From the NCBI GenBank assembly GCA_963772835.1, contig CAVYYZ010000006.1:32001-96000 (forward strand): a DNA stretch of 64,000 nt. The letters are read 5' to 3'. The position numbers and the translations under genes are program-made. Positions 8,416 through 17,965 of this stretch are shown here, piece after piece. The first letter of the stretch is position 1. Each line of letters begins with the position of its first letter. Under the pieces are notes generated by a model. It did no database searches. It saw nothing but the letters and a program-made list of their open reading frames with translations, and was not told the DNA's origin. Source of the stretch: an uncultured delta proteobacterium. GTDB taxonomy: Bacteria > Desulfobacterota > Desulfuromonadia > Geobacterales > Pseudopelobacteraceae.

Positions 8416-10566
8416 TCACAGGCTCTCGATAAATGCCGCAATTTCTGCATGGACGCTTTCCGACCCTTCACCAGCCAGAATCCCGTGACGATTGAAGTCA
8501 AGCGGAAGGTACCGTTTCTGTTCCGCTCCGATCAGCTCGAACATACGTGCCGTCTCTTCAGGATCGACTACCGGGTCCCCGAGACCCTGCAGGACCAGCG
8601 TCGGTACCTTTATGTCCGCCAGTCGCGGTTTAAGCTCTTCCATGAAATGCCCCATCTCCGACAGAGCCGCTACCGGAATCCGTGAATAGTTGATCAACGG
8701 TCGATCCGGGGTCTGCTCGACATATTCTTTTTCCGCCCCGTGGAGGTTCATCGTCTCCATGACTCTGTTCCAGTTTGTGACAGCAGAGGCGAACCGTGCA
8801 GATATATTCAGCAGGCGGAATGGCGGCGATACTGCAAAAGCACCTGCCAGTCGGGGAATGCGTGCGGCACAGTCGAGCGCCAGGCCGCTGCCGAAAGAAA
8901 AACCGCCGATAACAACCCGCCTGCAGGCGGCACTCATCATGGCATAACCAATATCCACCGACTCAACCCAGTCGTTGCCGCTTCGTGCGGCAAGATCTTC
9001 AGGGGACGTCCCGTGTCCGCGAAGGCGAACCGAGTAGACCCAATATCCCCTGCTGTGCAGAGAGTCCGCAAGCTCAAGCATTTCACGGGGGGCAGCCAAA
9101 AATCCGTGCAGCAGCACTATGCCGAGCCTCCGAGAAGTACCCTTCAGCAGCAGCGGTTCCCCGACGTCACGCTCTTTTGATTCACCGGGAGTATAAAACT
9201 GTGCATAGTCAGCCTCAAACTGGTCCGTAGCCTGCTGCAGTAGAACTTCAACAACGCGATGGCGGACCAGCATTTCCGGCAGCCATGCCAATAATCGAAC
9301 CCGACGCTTTAGGCAGGTCAGGGACTGTACCTCATTTGCCGCGACACCGAGCGGGTTTTCAATGCGTATTCTCTGGAATTGGCTCCCTCCGGATAAACTG
9401 GCGCTGTTTCTGAAAAGAAATCCCCCTTCGGTGCGAATCACATTTGTTTCTCTCGCCAGTTCCAGAAAGTCGCGGTATTTATGGTACCGGTCGTCGGTCA
9501 GAAGGGCGACCTGTCCAAACTCAAGGCTCTGGTGGCACATGACGAGCGTTTTGTCGGGTACCAGATCGGTCAGCAGAAATACGCGGCGCCTGAAATCTGC
9601 CTCGGATATTTTACTGAAGGGAAGCGCCCTGAGCAGTGATGCAAAAAGATGATCATGATTTACCGTAGTCATACTGTATATGTCTGACATGAAACGGTTC
9701 ATCAGGGTCGTCGCTTCCTGGCGCATCTCGGGCAGGGAGGGGAGTTGGTCGTCAAAGTTGATCTGCTTCAGGGAGAACATGTCCTGCCTGATCCGGGAGG
9801 AGGTGAGGTGCTCTGAAACCGGGATGGCCTGACCAAAACGGATGTCGATATCCACCCCTTCGAAGAACATGGTCCCTTCGGTCAGCAGCTCTTCCCGCAA
9901 CCGCTCGGAGAGGTTGTGGGCAAAGCGATCTGCCAGCGTGCTCAGTACGTTCTCCCGTGCCCGGAGCGGATAATAGGTCAGGTTGATCGGGACGATCGAT
10001 GTTTTTCCGGCCAGGACCGGCGCCAGATCCTCAATCTCAAACATGTTCTGCAGGCGTTCGGCTTCCGCCGGGTTTTCCGCGAGCAGGAACTGCAGCCGCG
10101 TGCGATAAAATTCGGTTCGCAGCGCCAGAGTAGCCGCCCCTGTATGGGCGTGCCGTAACTTTCCGCGGTGCAGACCAAAGATGGAAGGCCTTGTCACGGC
10201 TTCCTTGTCCTTGACCATCTGCCCCTCAGGAAAAATAATCCAGTTTGTTTCGCCGGTCAAAAGGCTTTTTACGATCAGGCGGTCCCGATCAGGATCTCTG
10301 GTTGAAACCGCCCCGATTTTTGCCAGAAAACCGCTGAGATGGCCTTCAAAAAAGGAGTGATCGGCCAGCGACCAGACCGGAACGTGGGTTTGTGCATAGA
10401 TGTGATAGGGGAGGAGGAGTGTTTCAATGCGAGTGAAATGATTGACGACAAAAATGATTGAGCCGTCGGGAATCGACTCCTGTCCGTGGATTTTAACCTT
10501 GATTCTGGAGAAACTCTGCATGAGGGCGATCATCTGCCCGGTTGCAAGATAGGCGGAATAATTCAT
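8416..10566 (-). CDS. Fusion of a PlsC-type acyltransferase domain and a C-terminal alpha/beta-hydrolase (carboxylesterase/lysophospholipase)
   Basis: N-terminal NHFTRIE and FPEG motifs. C-terminal LLHGF, RLRGHGT, GFSFG nucleophile elbow, DPVV and RHGI. Confidence 0.8.
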   Translation of the reverse strand: MNYSAYLATGQMIALMQSFSRIKVKIHGQESIPDGSIIFVVNHFTRIETLLLPYHIYAQTHVPVWSLADHSFFEGHLSGFLAKIGAVSTRDPDRDRLIVKSLLTGETNWIIFPEGQMVKDKEAVTRPSIFGLHRGKLRHAHTGAATLALRTEFYRTRLQFLLAENPAEAERLQNMFEIEDLAPVLAGKTSIVPINLTYYPLRARENVLSTLADRFAHNLSERLREELLTEGTMFFEGVDIDIRFGQAIPVSEHLTSSRIRQDMFSLKQINFDDQLPSLPEMRQEATTLMNRFMSDIYSMTTVNHDHLFASLLRALPFSKISEADFRRRVFLLTDLVPDKTLVMCHQSLEFGQVALLTDDRYHKYRDFLELARETNVIRTEGGFLFRNSASLSGGSQFQRIRIENPLGVAANEVQSLTCLKRRVRLLAWLPEMLVRHRVVEVLLQQATDQFEADYAQFYTPGESKERDVGEPLLLKGTSRRLGIVLLHGFLAAPREMLELADSLHSRGYWVYSVRLRGHGTSPEDLAARSGNDWVESVDIGYAMMSAACRRVVIGGFSFGSGLALDCAARIPRLAGAFAVSPPFRLLNISARFASAVTNWNRVMETMNLHGAEKEYVEQTPDRPLINYSRIPVAALSEMGHFMEELKPRLADIKVPTLVLQGLGDPVVDPEETARMFELIGAEQKRYLPLDFNRHGILAGEGSESVHAEIAAFIESL

Positions 10567-10590
10567 GAAAGGTCCTTTCCTCGCGCCATC

Positions 10591-12159
10591 TCAGGCCGGA
10601 AGGTACTGTGCTGCAGTTGCGTTATATTGTTCCAGCTGCCGGGTCTGCCATGCCTGGTCATGTCCAAGTTCTGAGGCCATAAGGCACGCCACCCGGGGGG
10701 CGATTTCACGGCTTGCCCCAGCATCCAGGAACAGGGACCGGGTGCGCCGGGCAAGAACATCCTCTACGCTCCTCGCCCATTCGGAGCGTACCGCCCAGAT
10801 TACCTCACCGGCTGTACAGGGGAGTCGAGGGTGCAGACGTTCTTTCCAGGAGTTGTGCTCATCCGAAAGCTGTTCAAGCAGTTCCCGGTCGGACCCGTAC
10901 CCGTCCGGTGATCCCGATCGGGCCGATGGCGGTTCCCACCCATGCAGGCGCAGTGAGCCGGTGATCGACGGTCGTGACTGAAGTCCACCCCGGCTGGCGG
11001 CAGCATCAACCGCGGCAACAGCCATGCTGCGATAGGTGGTCCACTTGCCGCCGGTAATGGTCACAAGTCCCGAAGTGGAAACAGAGAGCAGGTATTCACG
11101 GCTCAGCTGTGACGTTTTCTTCCCGCTCCCTCCTCCGATCAACGGCCTGAGCCCCGCAAAGCTGCTGAGAACGTCGGAGCGCGCCGGTTGGCGCTCAAGG
11201 AAGCGCCCTGTATGGGCCAGCAGAAAATCAATTTCATCGGACAACGGAACCGGTTCAGTTGTGACCGTGTTTATAGGGGTGTCTGTGGTGCCGACAATGA
11301 CATGATCCTGCCATGGAATTGCGAAAAAAACCCGTCCGTCGTCGGTGTGCGGAACCATGACCGCACAGCCGCCGGGGAGAAACGACCGGTCAAGTATCAG
11401 GTGTGCCCCCTGACTCAGGGTGATCAGGGGAGAACAGGCCGGTTCGTCCATCCGGCGCACCTGATCACACAGTACTCCTGTTGCGTTGATCACAGACCGG
11501 CCGTAAAGGGTGTATGGCCCGCCTCCCTCACCCTCTGTGGCCGTAATAGTGGACAATTGTCCGGATCCCGACGTGGTGATACCGGTGACGGTCATGTAAT
11601 TAAGCGGAGTTCCCCCCAGGTCGGTCAGCGTTTTCGCCAGACAGATAGCCAGCCGGGCGTCATCGAACTGGCCGTCGTGGTAGACGATGCCCCCGCGAAG
11701 CTTCTGCCGCTTGAGAGTCGGGACGAGATCTATGGTTTCATTCCGGCTGAGGTGCCGGGAATGTTTCAGGCCGTGAATCCCGGACAACAGGTCGTATAAC
11801 GCCATGCCGACGCCATAGAAGGGGCGTTCCCACCAGCTGTAGAGAGGTATGACAAAGGGGATGGCGTGTGCCAGATGCGGAGCGTTCGCGAGCAACAGGT
11901 GCCGTTCTCGCAGCGCCTCGCGCACGAGTGACAGATTGCCCTGCTGCAGGTAGCGTACGCCGCCATGGATAAGTTTAGTGCTGCGGCTTGAGGTCCCGCA
12001 GGCAAAGTCTCCCTGCTCCAGCAGCAGTGTGCGGTAACCGCGGCCGGCAGCATCGACGGCCGCTCCGAGCCCGGTGGCACCGCCGCCGATCACGATGATG
12101 TCCCATGGTTGCGACCGGTCATCCACTCTGTGCAGGAGTTCTGCCCGTGATGGGTTCAT
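10591..12159 (-). CDS. glpD: FAD-dependent glycerol-3-phosphate dehydrogenase/oxidase
   Basis: IGGGATG, GTSSRSTKLIHGGVRYL, DDARL, GLRPL, GGKWTTYR. Confidence 0.92.
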   Translation of the reverse strand: MNPSRAELLHRVDDRSQPWDIIVIGGGATGLGAAVDAAGRGYRTLLLEQGDFACGTSSRSTKLIHGGVRYLQQGNLSLVREALRERHLLLANAPHLAHAIPFVIPLYSWWERPFYGVGMALYDLLSGIHGLKHSRHLSRNETIDLVPTLKRQKLRGGIVYHDGQFDDARLAICLAKTLTDLGGTPLNYMTVTGITTSGSGQLSTITATEGEGGGPYTLYGRSVINATGVLCDQVRRMDEPACSPLITLSQGAHLILDRSFLPGGCAVMVPHTDDGRVFFAIPWQDHVIVGTTDTPINTVTTEPVPLSDEIDFLLAHTGRFLERQPARSDVLSSFAGLRPLIGGGSGKKTSQLSREYLLSVSTSGLVTITGGKWTTYRSMAVAAVDAAASRGGLQSRPSITGSLRLHGWEPPSARSGSPDGYGSDRELLEQLSDEHNSWKERLHPRLPCTAGEVIWAVRSEWARSVEDVLARRTRSLFLDAGASREIAPRVACLMASELGHDQAWQTRQLEQYNATAAQYLPA

Positions 12160-12938
12160 GGCTCAGGACACTCCGTCAGCCGTTGTCTCAGCCAGCCGGG
12201 GCGGTTGGTCATAATCGAGTCAACCCCCAGCTCGCAGAGATGGCGGGCCGCTGATGGCCGGTCAACGGTCCAGACATGTATCTCCTTGCCGATCGTTTTA
12301 AGCGACTCAGCCAGATCCCGGTCCAGGAACGACCGATTGGCGCTGGCAAGACCGTCGGCACCCGAACGGCGAAGTGTATCTAATACGCGGTTCCGGGAGG
12401 GATTCCATGTATTGCCCGGCAGTGTGTGGCGGTAGTCACAGAGCCAGCAGGCGCGCCATTCGGGCATTTGTTGCTTCAATTGTTCAATCATCGAGGCGTT
12501 GAACGACAGCAGCCTGATGCGTTCCGGTGATCGCCCCGATTTCCGCAGTACCTTTTTCAGAGGGGCGATGATCTCTTCACCGCTCTTGATTTCAATAAAG
12601 AACCAGGTACGACCCGGAATTGCAGCCAGTACATCATCAAGTGTCGGAATAACCGCTCCTGACCAGTCCGGCCCTTTCCAGAGACCCGCGTCAAGCCGTT
12701 GCAGTTCCTTTAGTCCGGTATCGGAAATTTTCAGATCAACACCGGTCGTTCGAACCGTAGTTTCGTCATGCATACAGACGATCCGGTTGTCGGCAGTGAG
12801 ACGGAAATCGGCCTCGATTCCATCGGCACCCTGTTCCCAGGCGAGAGAGAAGGATTCAAGCGTGTTTTCGGGTGCTTCCCGCGATGCGCCGCGATGACCT
12901 ATTATCAGCGGAAGGAGGGGAGAAGTGGCACTCAACAT
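12156..12938 (-). CDS. Glycerophosphodiester phosphodiesterase (UgpQ/GlpQ family, cytoplasmic)
   Basis: IIGHRGAS..APENT, IEAD, MHD, IEIK, WTVD, GVDSIMTN. Confidence 0.9.
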   Translation of the reverse strand: MLSATSPLLPLIIGHRGASREAPENTLESFSLAWEQGADGIEADFRLTADNRIVCMHDETTVRTTGVDLKISDTGLKELQRLDAGLWKGPDWSGAVIPTLDDVLAAIPGRTWFFIEIKSGEEIIAPLKKVLRKSGRSPERIRLLSFNASMIEQLKQQMPEWRACWLCDYRHTLPGNTWNPSRNRVLDTLRRSGADGLASANRSFLDRDLAESLKTIGKEIHVWTVDRPSAARHLCELGVDSIMTNRPGWLRQRLTECPEP

Positions 12939-13633
12939 GGCTTCCTGGTGTGCTCTTGTGATTCATGTGAGCTGCCCGGTTCGCCGGCTTCACTTGTTAT
13001 GTGCGGGTTTTTGCCGGTTATACCGGCATAAACTGCCTGGATTTTCAGTAGATCATCATCAAAATTACCGCTCGGAATAAATATGCTGTCAAACCCGGCG
13101 ATCTTGCGTTTGAAATCGATAAAACCCAGCACAATCGGCACCTGCGCACCGAAGGCGATATGGTAAAAACCGCTCTTCCAGTATCGTACCTGCCTACGGG
13201 TCCCTTCCGGGGGCACAAGCAGGATTAGATCATCGTGCGTGGAAAAGAGTTCAACGGCCTGTTCAACAAGATTATTGCTTTTGCTCCTATTAACCGGGAT
13301 ACCTCCCAGCCAGCGGAGAAATAATCCGAAAGGCGGTGAGAACAGTGACTGTTTCGCGAGAAAATAGACCTTGAGCCTGAAGGCAAAAACAATCGCCAGC
13401 GTCATGGGCAGATCCCAGTTGCTGGTATGCGGGGCGCCGATCATCACGCAGTGACGGACATCGGATGCTTTCCCGGAAAGTTTCCACCCTGCCGATTTCA
13501 GGTAGAGCGTTGAGCCGAATTGAAGCAATGTTTTCAGGAGCGGAGTGTCAAAGATTGTAAAAGCGGCCAGACTGATATTAGCCAAGGGCACCCCCGGTAA
13601 TGTGGCGGACAAAGACGTGTCACGATCAAACAT
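12932..13633 (-). CDS. Lysophospholipid acyltransferase (PlsC family)
   Basis: APHTSNWD (HX4D), GGIPVNR, PEGTR, WKSGFY. Start codon uncertain. Confidence 0.85.
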   Translation of the reverse strand: MFDRDTSLSATLPGVPLANISLAAFTIFDTPLLKTLLQFGSTLYLKSAGWKLSGKASDVRHCVMIGAPHTSNWDLPMTLAIVFAFRLKVYFLAKQSLFSPPFGLFLRWLGGIPVNRSKSNNLVEQAVELFSTHDDLILLVPPEGTRRQVRYWKSGFYHIAFGAQVPIVLGFIDFKRKIAGFDSIFIPSGNFDDDLLKIQAVYAGITGKNPHITSEAGEPGSSHESQEHTRKPC

Positions 13634-13794
13634 GTATCAAGTCTAGACGATGTTTCGACTGAGTGCAAATTGCTTTTGCTCCTGCCCGCAATATTATGTG
13701 GAAAAAACAAACGTCTCCGTGAACAGAAATGAAAAATCTTGACAAAAAAATGAACCGGGCAGTATATGGTTAATAATTGACGCAGGGGTGAAGT

Positions 13795-14193
13795 ATGAGG
13801 CTGAGTAACGAAGACCATATGCAGATCAGTGACCTGGCGGAAATGCTGGGAATAACCACCAGGACAATCCGGCTCTATGAAAAACTCGGGCTTGTCGAGC
13901 CTCCCAAGCGGACTGACGGGCGGGTCAGATATTATGAAAAAAAGGATGTAAAACGATTCAAGTTTGTCCTGAAGGTCAAAGAATTGGGGCTTTCCCTCGA
14001 AGAGATGAAAGAGTTGGCAATTCTCTTTGACAAGGAACAAAAGGTGCCTGAAAAAATAATGCCGCGGCTGACCGAGCTGCTTGATACCCATCTCAAAAGC
14101 ATCAAGCAGAAAGTATCGACACTCCAGTCTCTTGAGACGGATATTTCTGCCTATCGTCAAAGGATCATTGACCAATTCAATCTAATCAAGTAG
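13795..14193 (+). CDS. MerR family transcriptional regulator
   Basis: ISDLAEMLGITTRTIRLYEKLGLVEP.KR..GR.RYY; GLSLEEMKEL. No Cys, so not a metal-sensing type. Confidence 0.9.
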   Translation: MRLSNEDHMQISDLAEMLGITTRTIRLYEKLGLVEPPKRTDGRVRYYEKKDVKRFKFVLKVKELGLSLEEMKELAILFDKEQKVPEKIMPRLTELLDTHLKSIKQKVSTLQSLETDISAYRQRIIDQFNLIK

Positions 14194-14388
14194 CGATGTA
14201 AAAAGGTGTATTTCTGTCTTTTACCCCACCAGATTTGTAGCCCAATTTCAGGCGCACACACGTAAATAAGTCTCGACTACCCTAAATCAGGTATATACAA
14301 ATTGGACGCAACGACTGTCATCGCTGTATTCTCTTGCGATATGCCGCACGGCTGCCTCCTGAGCCGACATGTGCCGGAGCGGAAAAAG

Positions 14389-14405
14389 TCGGCACTGAAC
14401 TTGCT
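14389..14405 (+). promoter_or_regulatory. Probable sigma-54 (-24/-12) promoter
   Basis: tcGGCACtgaacTTGCt has exact GG-N10-GC spacing and lies about 40 bp upstream of the ATG at 14447. Confidence 0.65.
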
Positions 14406-14446
14406 GCTATGTGATACAATCACCGAAAATGGAAAAGGAGATTCGT

Positions 14447-15097
14447 ATGAAAAAAACAGTTCTCGTTATAGTGTTGGCCGTGATGACGGCCGCTTCGTCT
14501 GTGCAGGCCGGGGTTAACGTTAATCTTAATGTGGGTGTACCGACTCCCCGTGTGGTTGTGTCCTCCCCTTCTGTCCGGTTCGAAGTTGCCCCGCTCTTTG
14601 TAGCACCTTCCCGTCTGGGTTTTTACGTCGGTGTGGACACCCCCTATGACATTATCTTCAGCTCCGATTTATACTATCTGTACTATGGCAACAGCTGGCA
14701 TAATTCCCGGCATTATAACGGACCGTGGGTTGAAGTACCCTACCGTGAGCTTCCTCAGGCTATCCGGACGCACCGGATTGAGCAGATCCGCTCGTATCGC
14801 GATCGTGAATATCGCGTGTATCGTAATGATCGGGACCACTATCGCGGCCGTCAGTTCAGGCCAGACCGTGAGAGGAGAGAAGATCTGGGGCAGGAACATC
14901 GTCGAGGCAATGAAGAGATGAGAGACGGGCGTCGACGCGGTAATGAAGAGATGAGGGATGATCGCCGACGCGATAAGGAAAATATGAAAAATGATCGCCG
15001 ACGTGATAAGGAAGAGTCCAAGGATGAGCGCCGGCGTGATCAGGAAGACCGGAAGGACGAAAGACGGGACGGTAGACAGCACGGGGGCAGAGATTAA
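14447..15097 (+). CDS. Secreted hypothetical protein with Arg/Asp/Glu-rich repeat tail
   Basis: RBS AAGGAG; signal peptide MKKTVLVIVLAVMTAASSVQA; Tyr/Trp-rich core (YNGPW); terminator follows. Confidence 0.75.
   Translation: MKKTVLVIVLAVMTAASSVQAGVNVNLNVGVPTPRVVVSSPSVRFEVAPLFVAPSRLGFYVGVDTPYDIIFSSDLYYLYYGNSWHNSRHYNGPWVEVPYRELPQAIRTHRIEQIRSYRDREYRVYRNDRDHYRGRQFRPDRERREDLGQEHRRGNEEMRDGRRRGNEEMRDDRRRDKENMKNDRRRDKEESKDERRRDQEDRKDERRDGRQHGGRD
14897..15061 (+). repeat. Five imperfect 33-bp coding tandem repeats (RRRDxExxKD-like)
   Basis: Units start at 14897, 14930, 14963, 14996 and 15029. Confidence 0.85.
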
Positions 15098-15112
15098 CAG
15101 TCTTGAAACCGG

Positions 15113-15137
15113 AGGGGGGCGATAGCCCCCCTTTTTA
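15113..15137 (+). terminator. Rho-independent terminator
   Basis: AGGGGGGC-gata-GCCCCCCT followed by TTTT. Confidence 0.8.
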
Positions 15138-15248
15138 TATTCTTCATCTGCATACGGAATTGATTTAATTTGGTCTTGACGCTGCCCGGGCCTTGGGTTA
15201 CACCTGAGGCAAAACGGCACAGTTCGGCAGAGAAAGTGAGATAGTAGT

Positions 15249-16151
15249 ATGATTCTTGATGCAGTTTCCTACGGCAGGCTCGTTGATAATCTCAATGACG
15301 GCCTGTACATTGTGGATAGAGACAGGGTAATTCAACACTGGAACAAAGCCGCCGAAAGAATTTCCGGTTTTTCATCTGCCGAGGTTATCGGTAAATCCTG
15401 CTCGGATAACATTCTCACCCATGTGGATTGCGATGGAAAGTGCCTTTGCCAGGGAGTGTGCCCCCTTGCAATGACTATGGACGACGGGGCGGCACGTGAA
15501 TCGGAGATTTATCTTCACCACAAGGACGGCCACAGGATTCCGGTCTCTGTCCGGGCCAGCACAATTACCGACGATAACGGCCGGGTAATTGGCGCTGCCG
15601 AGCTGTTCACCGATATCAGCAACCAGATAAACAATGAGTTAAAGGTCAAAGAACTTGAAGAAATGGCCTTGCTTGACAATCTCACCAGGCTTGCCAACAG
15701 GCACTACATCGAGAAGGATATCTCGGTTTGTTTTGAGGAAAAAAGGCGGATCGGTATCCCCTTTGGCGTCCTGTTCATGGACATTGATCATTTCAAAAAA
15801 TTCAATGATACGCATGGGCATGATGTCGGTGACCGGGTTCTCAAATTCGTTGCCGACACTCTGGTCAAGAATGCGCGGCCGTTCGATCTGATCGGCCGAT
15901 GGGGCGGAGAAGAGTTCATCGGTATTATACGGAATGTCAATCGGCAGCAACTTGAAGCTCTCGGCAACAGGCTGCGTATGCTGGTTGATTCCTCATACAT
16001 TCAAACTGCGAGTGACAGACTGCATGTCAGCATTTCTATCGGGGCGACGCTCGTATGCGACGATGACAGGATGGATACGGTCGTTAAACGGGCTGACACG
16101 CTTATGTACGAAAGTAAGCGGTCGGGAAGAAACCGTCTGACAATGGGGTGA
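15249..16151 (+). CDS. PAS-GGDEF diguanylate cyclase
   Basis: PAS (WNKAAERISGF); DNLTRLANR, DIDHFKKFND.HGH.VGD, I-site RPFD, RWGGEEF. Confidence 0.92.
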   Translation: MILDAVSYGRLVDNLNDGLYIVDRDRVIQHWNKAAERISGFSSAEVIGKSCSDNILTHVDCDGKCLCQGVCPLAMTMDDGAARESEIYLHHKDGHRIPVSVRASTITDDNGRVIGAAELFTDISNQINNELKVKELEEMALLDNLTRLANRHYIEKDISVCFEEKRRIGIPFGVLFMDIDHFKKFNDTHGHDVGDRVLKFVADTLVKNARPFDLIGRWGGEEFIGIIRNVNRQQLEALGNRLRMLVDSSYIQTASDRLHVSISIGATLVCDDDRMDTVVKRADTLMYESKRSGRNRLTMG

Positions 16152-16264
16152 AACAGTTTTCGACCCGGTTATGAGTTGAACCACTATTACATGGTCACCC
16201 TTCGGCATCATTGCAGGCCACTGATCAACCCGCTGTTTTTAACATACTCCCCGTTTTTCTGCTG

Positions 16265-17962
16265 TCATTCCGACATTTCATACGCCCCGTTCAGGCTGTA
16301 CACATACCGTTCCAGAACTCTCTTATAACGCTCTTCATCGACGTGTGCCTTGCGTATAAGCTTCATGCAGAATGCCATCTGAGCCTCAGTGCTTGAGGGC
16401 TTGTTGTGTAGCTGCAGGGCGAACTCGGACAAATCCCGTACCATGAAATCGAAAATCTGATCGACAATGTCGTCATCTATTGCCAACAGGGCGGCATTCT
16501 CCAGGATCAGTTGCCCGTAGACAACCAGGGTGAAAATCTCGCCGACTGTCAGCAGGAAATCAATATCCTTCTGCTGAGCGGTATCCGGAGTCGCCTTGAG
16601 CAGAAACTCTCGAAACAGTGAGATCTGCTCCGAGAAAATCTGCACATTCGGCAGAGTGCAGGCTTCATATACCGGCCGGTAATCGTGGAAGCGGATTTTC
16701 CCGAGTCCTCTGGTCGCACCCTGATTGAAAAGGTAATCGTCGTTGACCGGGTCGAGCCGGCGGGGTACTGCTGAATACCCGGCCGGATTGAAGAAGTAAT
16801 TCTGCATGAATTTGACGATCAGCGCGATGTTGACGTGAACCGTTCCCTCCAACTTGGGGAGCGCCCGTATGTCGCGGGCGGCCGCTTCAAAATACATGTC
16901 CTTCTCAAAACCCTTGGCCGCGATCACGTCCCAGAGAAGGTTAATCACATCCTCTCCCTGGGTCGTCACCTTCATCTTGACCACCGGATTATACAGCAGG
17001 TAGCGCCGATCCTCTGTCGAGGCGGAGCGGAGGTAGTCCGAGGCCCGCAGAGCGAAGAGCTTCATGGCCACGAGACGGGCATAAGCGTCGACGAACATCT
17101 GCTTCACATGGGGAAAATCGGTGACATGCATGCCGTAGAGACTGCGCCCTGATGCGTGGTTGATCGCCTCATAGAATGCATGGGTGCAGATGCCGACCGA
17201 GGCCCACCCCAGGTTGTACTTGCCGATATTGACGGTGTTGAGCGTCGCATTCCATGCTTCATCCCCTTTCGACAGGATGTCCGCCTCGGACACCGGATAG
17301 TCGTGGAGGATAAATTCAGCCACATAGGACTGGGTCGCGGTGATGTTTTTCACCAGTTCGTATTTCTCATGTCTGCTGTTGACGACGAAGAAGGCGTAAC
17401 CGCCGTCATCCGGCTCGCGTCCAAATGTTGATACCATCGCAGCTTCATTGCCGTTACCGATGTAGTATTTGTCTCCCCGGGCCAGATACGTACCGTCACC
17501 ATTCGGTACCAGCAGCATGTCGCTGGCGTAGATATCGGCACCGTGCTCCTTCTCCGACAGGCCGAAGGCGAAGATGGCACCTTCCTGTAGCAGGCCCGCC
17601 GCGCGCTGTTTCAACGTTTCATTCGGACTCATCCAGATCGGACCTAATCCCAGAATAGTGACCTGCCACGCGTACCAGTAGCAGAGACCGTAAAAACCAA
17701 GCAGCTCATTAAAGGCACAGAGCCGGGAGGTGTCCCAGCGACAATCCTTGTCTCCGTATCCAGTTGGGGTCAGCAGGGTTGCAAAGATCCGCTCACGTTT
17801 GATGAAGTCAAGAAAATCGGCGTACCAGACCCGATCAAAGTCATCCTCCTTGAGACGCTTCTTTCCTCTGGTTTCAAAAAAATCTACTGTTTTACGTAGG
17901 ATTGCGTTCAAGACGGGATCATGGTGGTTTTCTGCCAGCTGTTTCGGATTGAGCAGGATCAT
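16265..17962 (-). CDS. Acyl-CoA dehydrogenase
   Basis: FAFGLSEKEHGAD, GDKYYIGNG, LPKLEGT; last gene of the beta-oxidation operon. Confidence 0.88.
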   Translation of the reverse strand: MILLNPKQLAENHHDPVLNAILRKTVDFFETRGKKRLKEDDFDRVWYADFLDFIKRERIFATLLTPTGYGDKDCRWDTSRLCAFNELLGFYGLCYWYAWQVTILGLGPIWMSPNETLKQRAAGLLQEGAIFAFGLSEKEHGADIYASDMLLVPNGDGTYLARGDKYYIGNGNEAAMVSTFGREPDDGGYAFFVVNSRHEKYELVKNITATQSYVAEFILHDYPVSEADILSKGDEAWNATLNTVNIGKYNLGWASVGICTHAFYEAINHASGRSLYGMHVTDFPHVKQMFVDAYARLVAMKLFALRASDYLRSASTEDRRYLLYNPVVKMKVTTQGEDVINLLWDVIAAKGFEKDMYFEAAARDIRALPKLEGTVHVNIALIVKFMQNYFFNPAGYSAVPRRLDPVNDDYLFNQGATRGLGKIRFHDYRPVYEACTLPNVQIFSEQISLFREFLLKATPDTAQQKDIDFLLTVGEIFTLVVYGQLILENAALLAIDDDIVDQIFDFMVRDLSEFALQLHNKPSSTEAQMAFCMKLIRKAHVDEERYKRVLERYVYSLNGAYEMSE

Positions 17963-17965
17963 GGC

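Noticed and set aside
14897..15061. 33-bp repeats as a CRISPR or non-coding repeat array
   Set aside because: They are in-frame, degenerate, spacer-less coding repeats.
15249..16151. Hypr-type GGDEF (cGAMP synthase) feeding the A20 riboswitch
   Set aside because: It retains the guanine-binding Asp in GHDVGD, where Hypr enzymes have Ser/Thr, so a conventional diguanylate cyclase is more likely.
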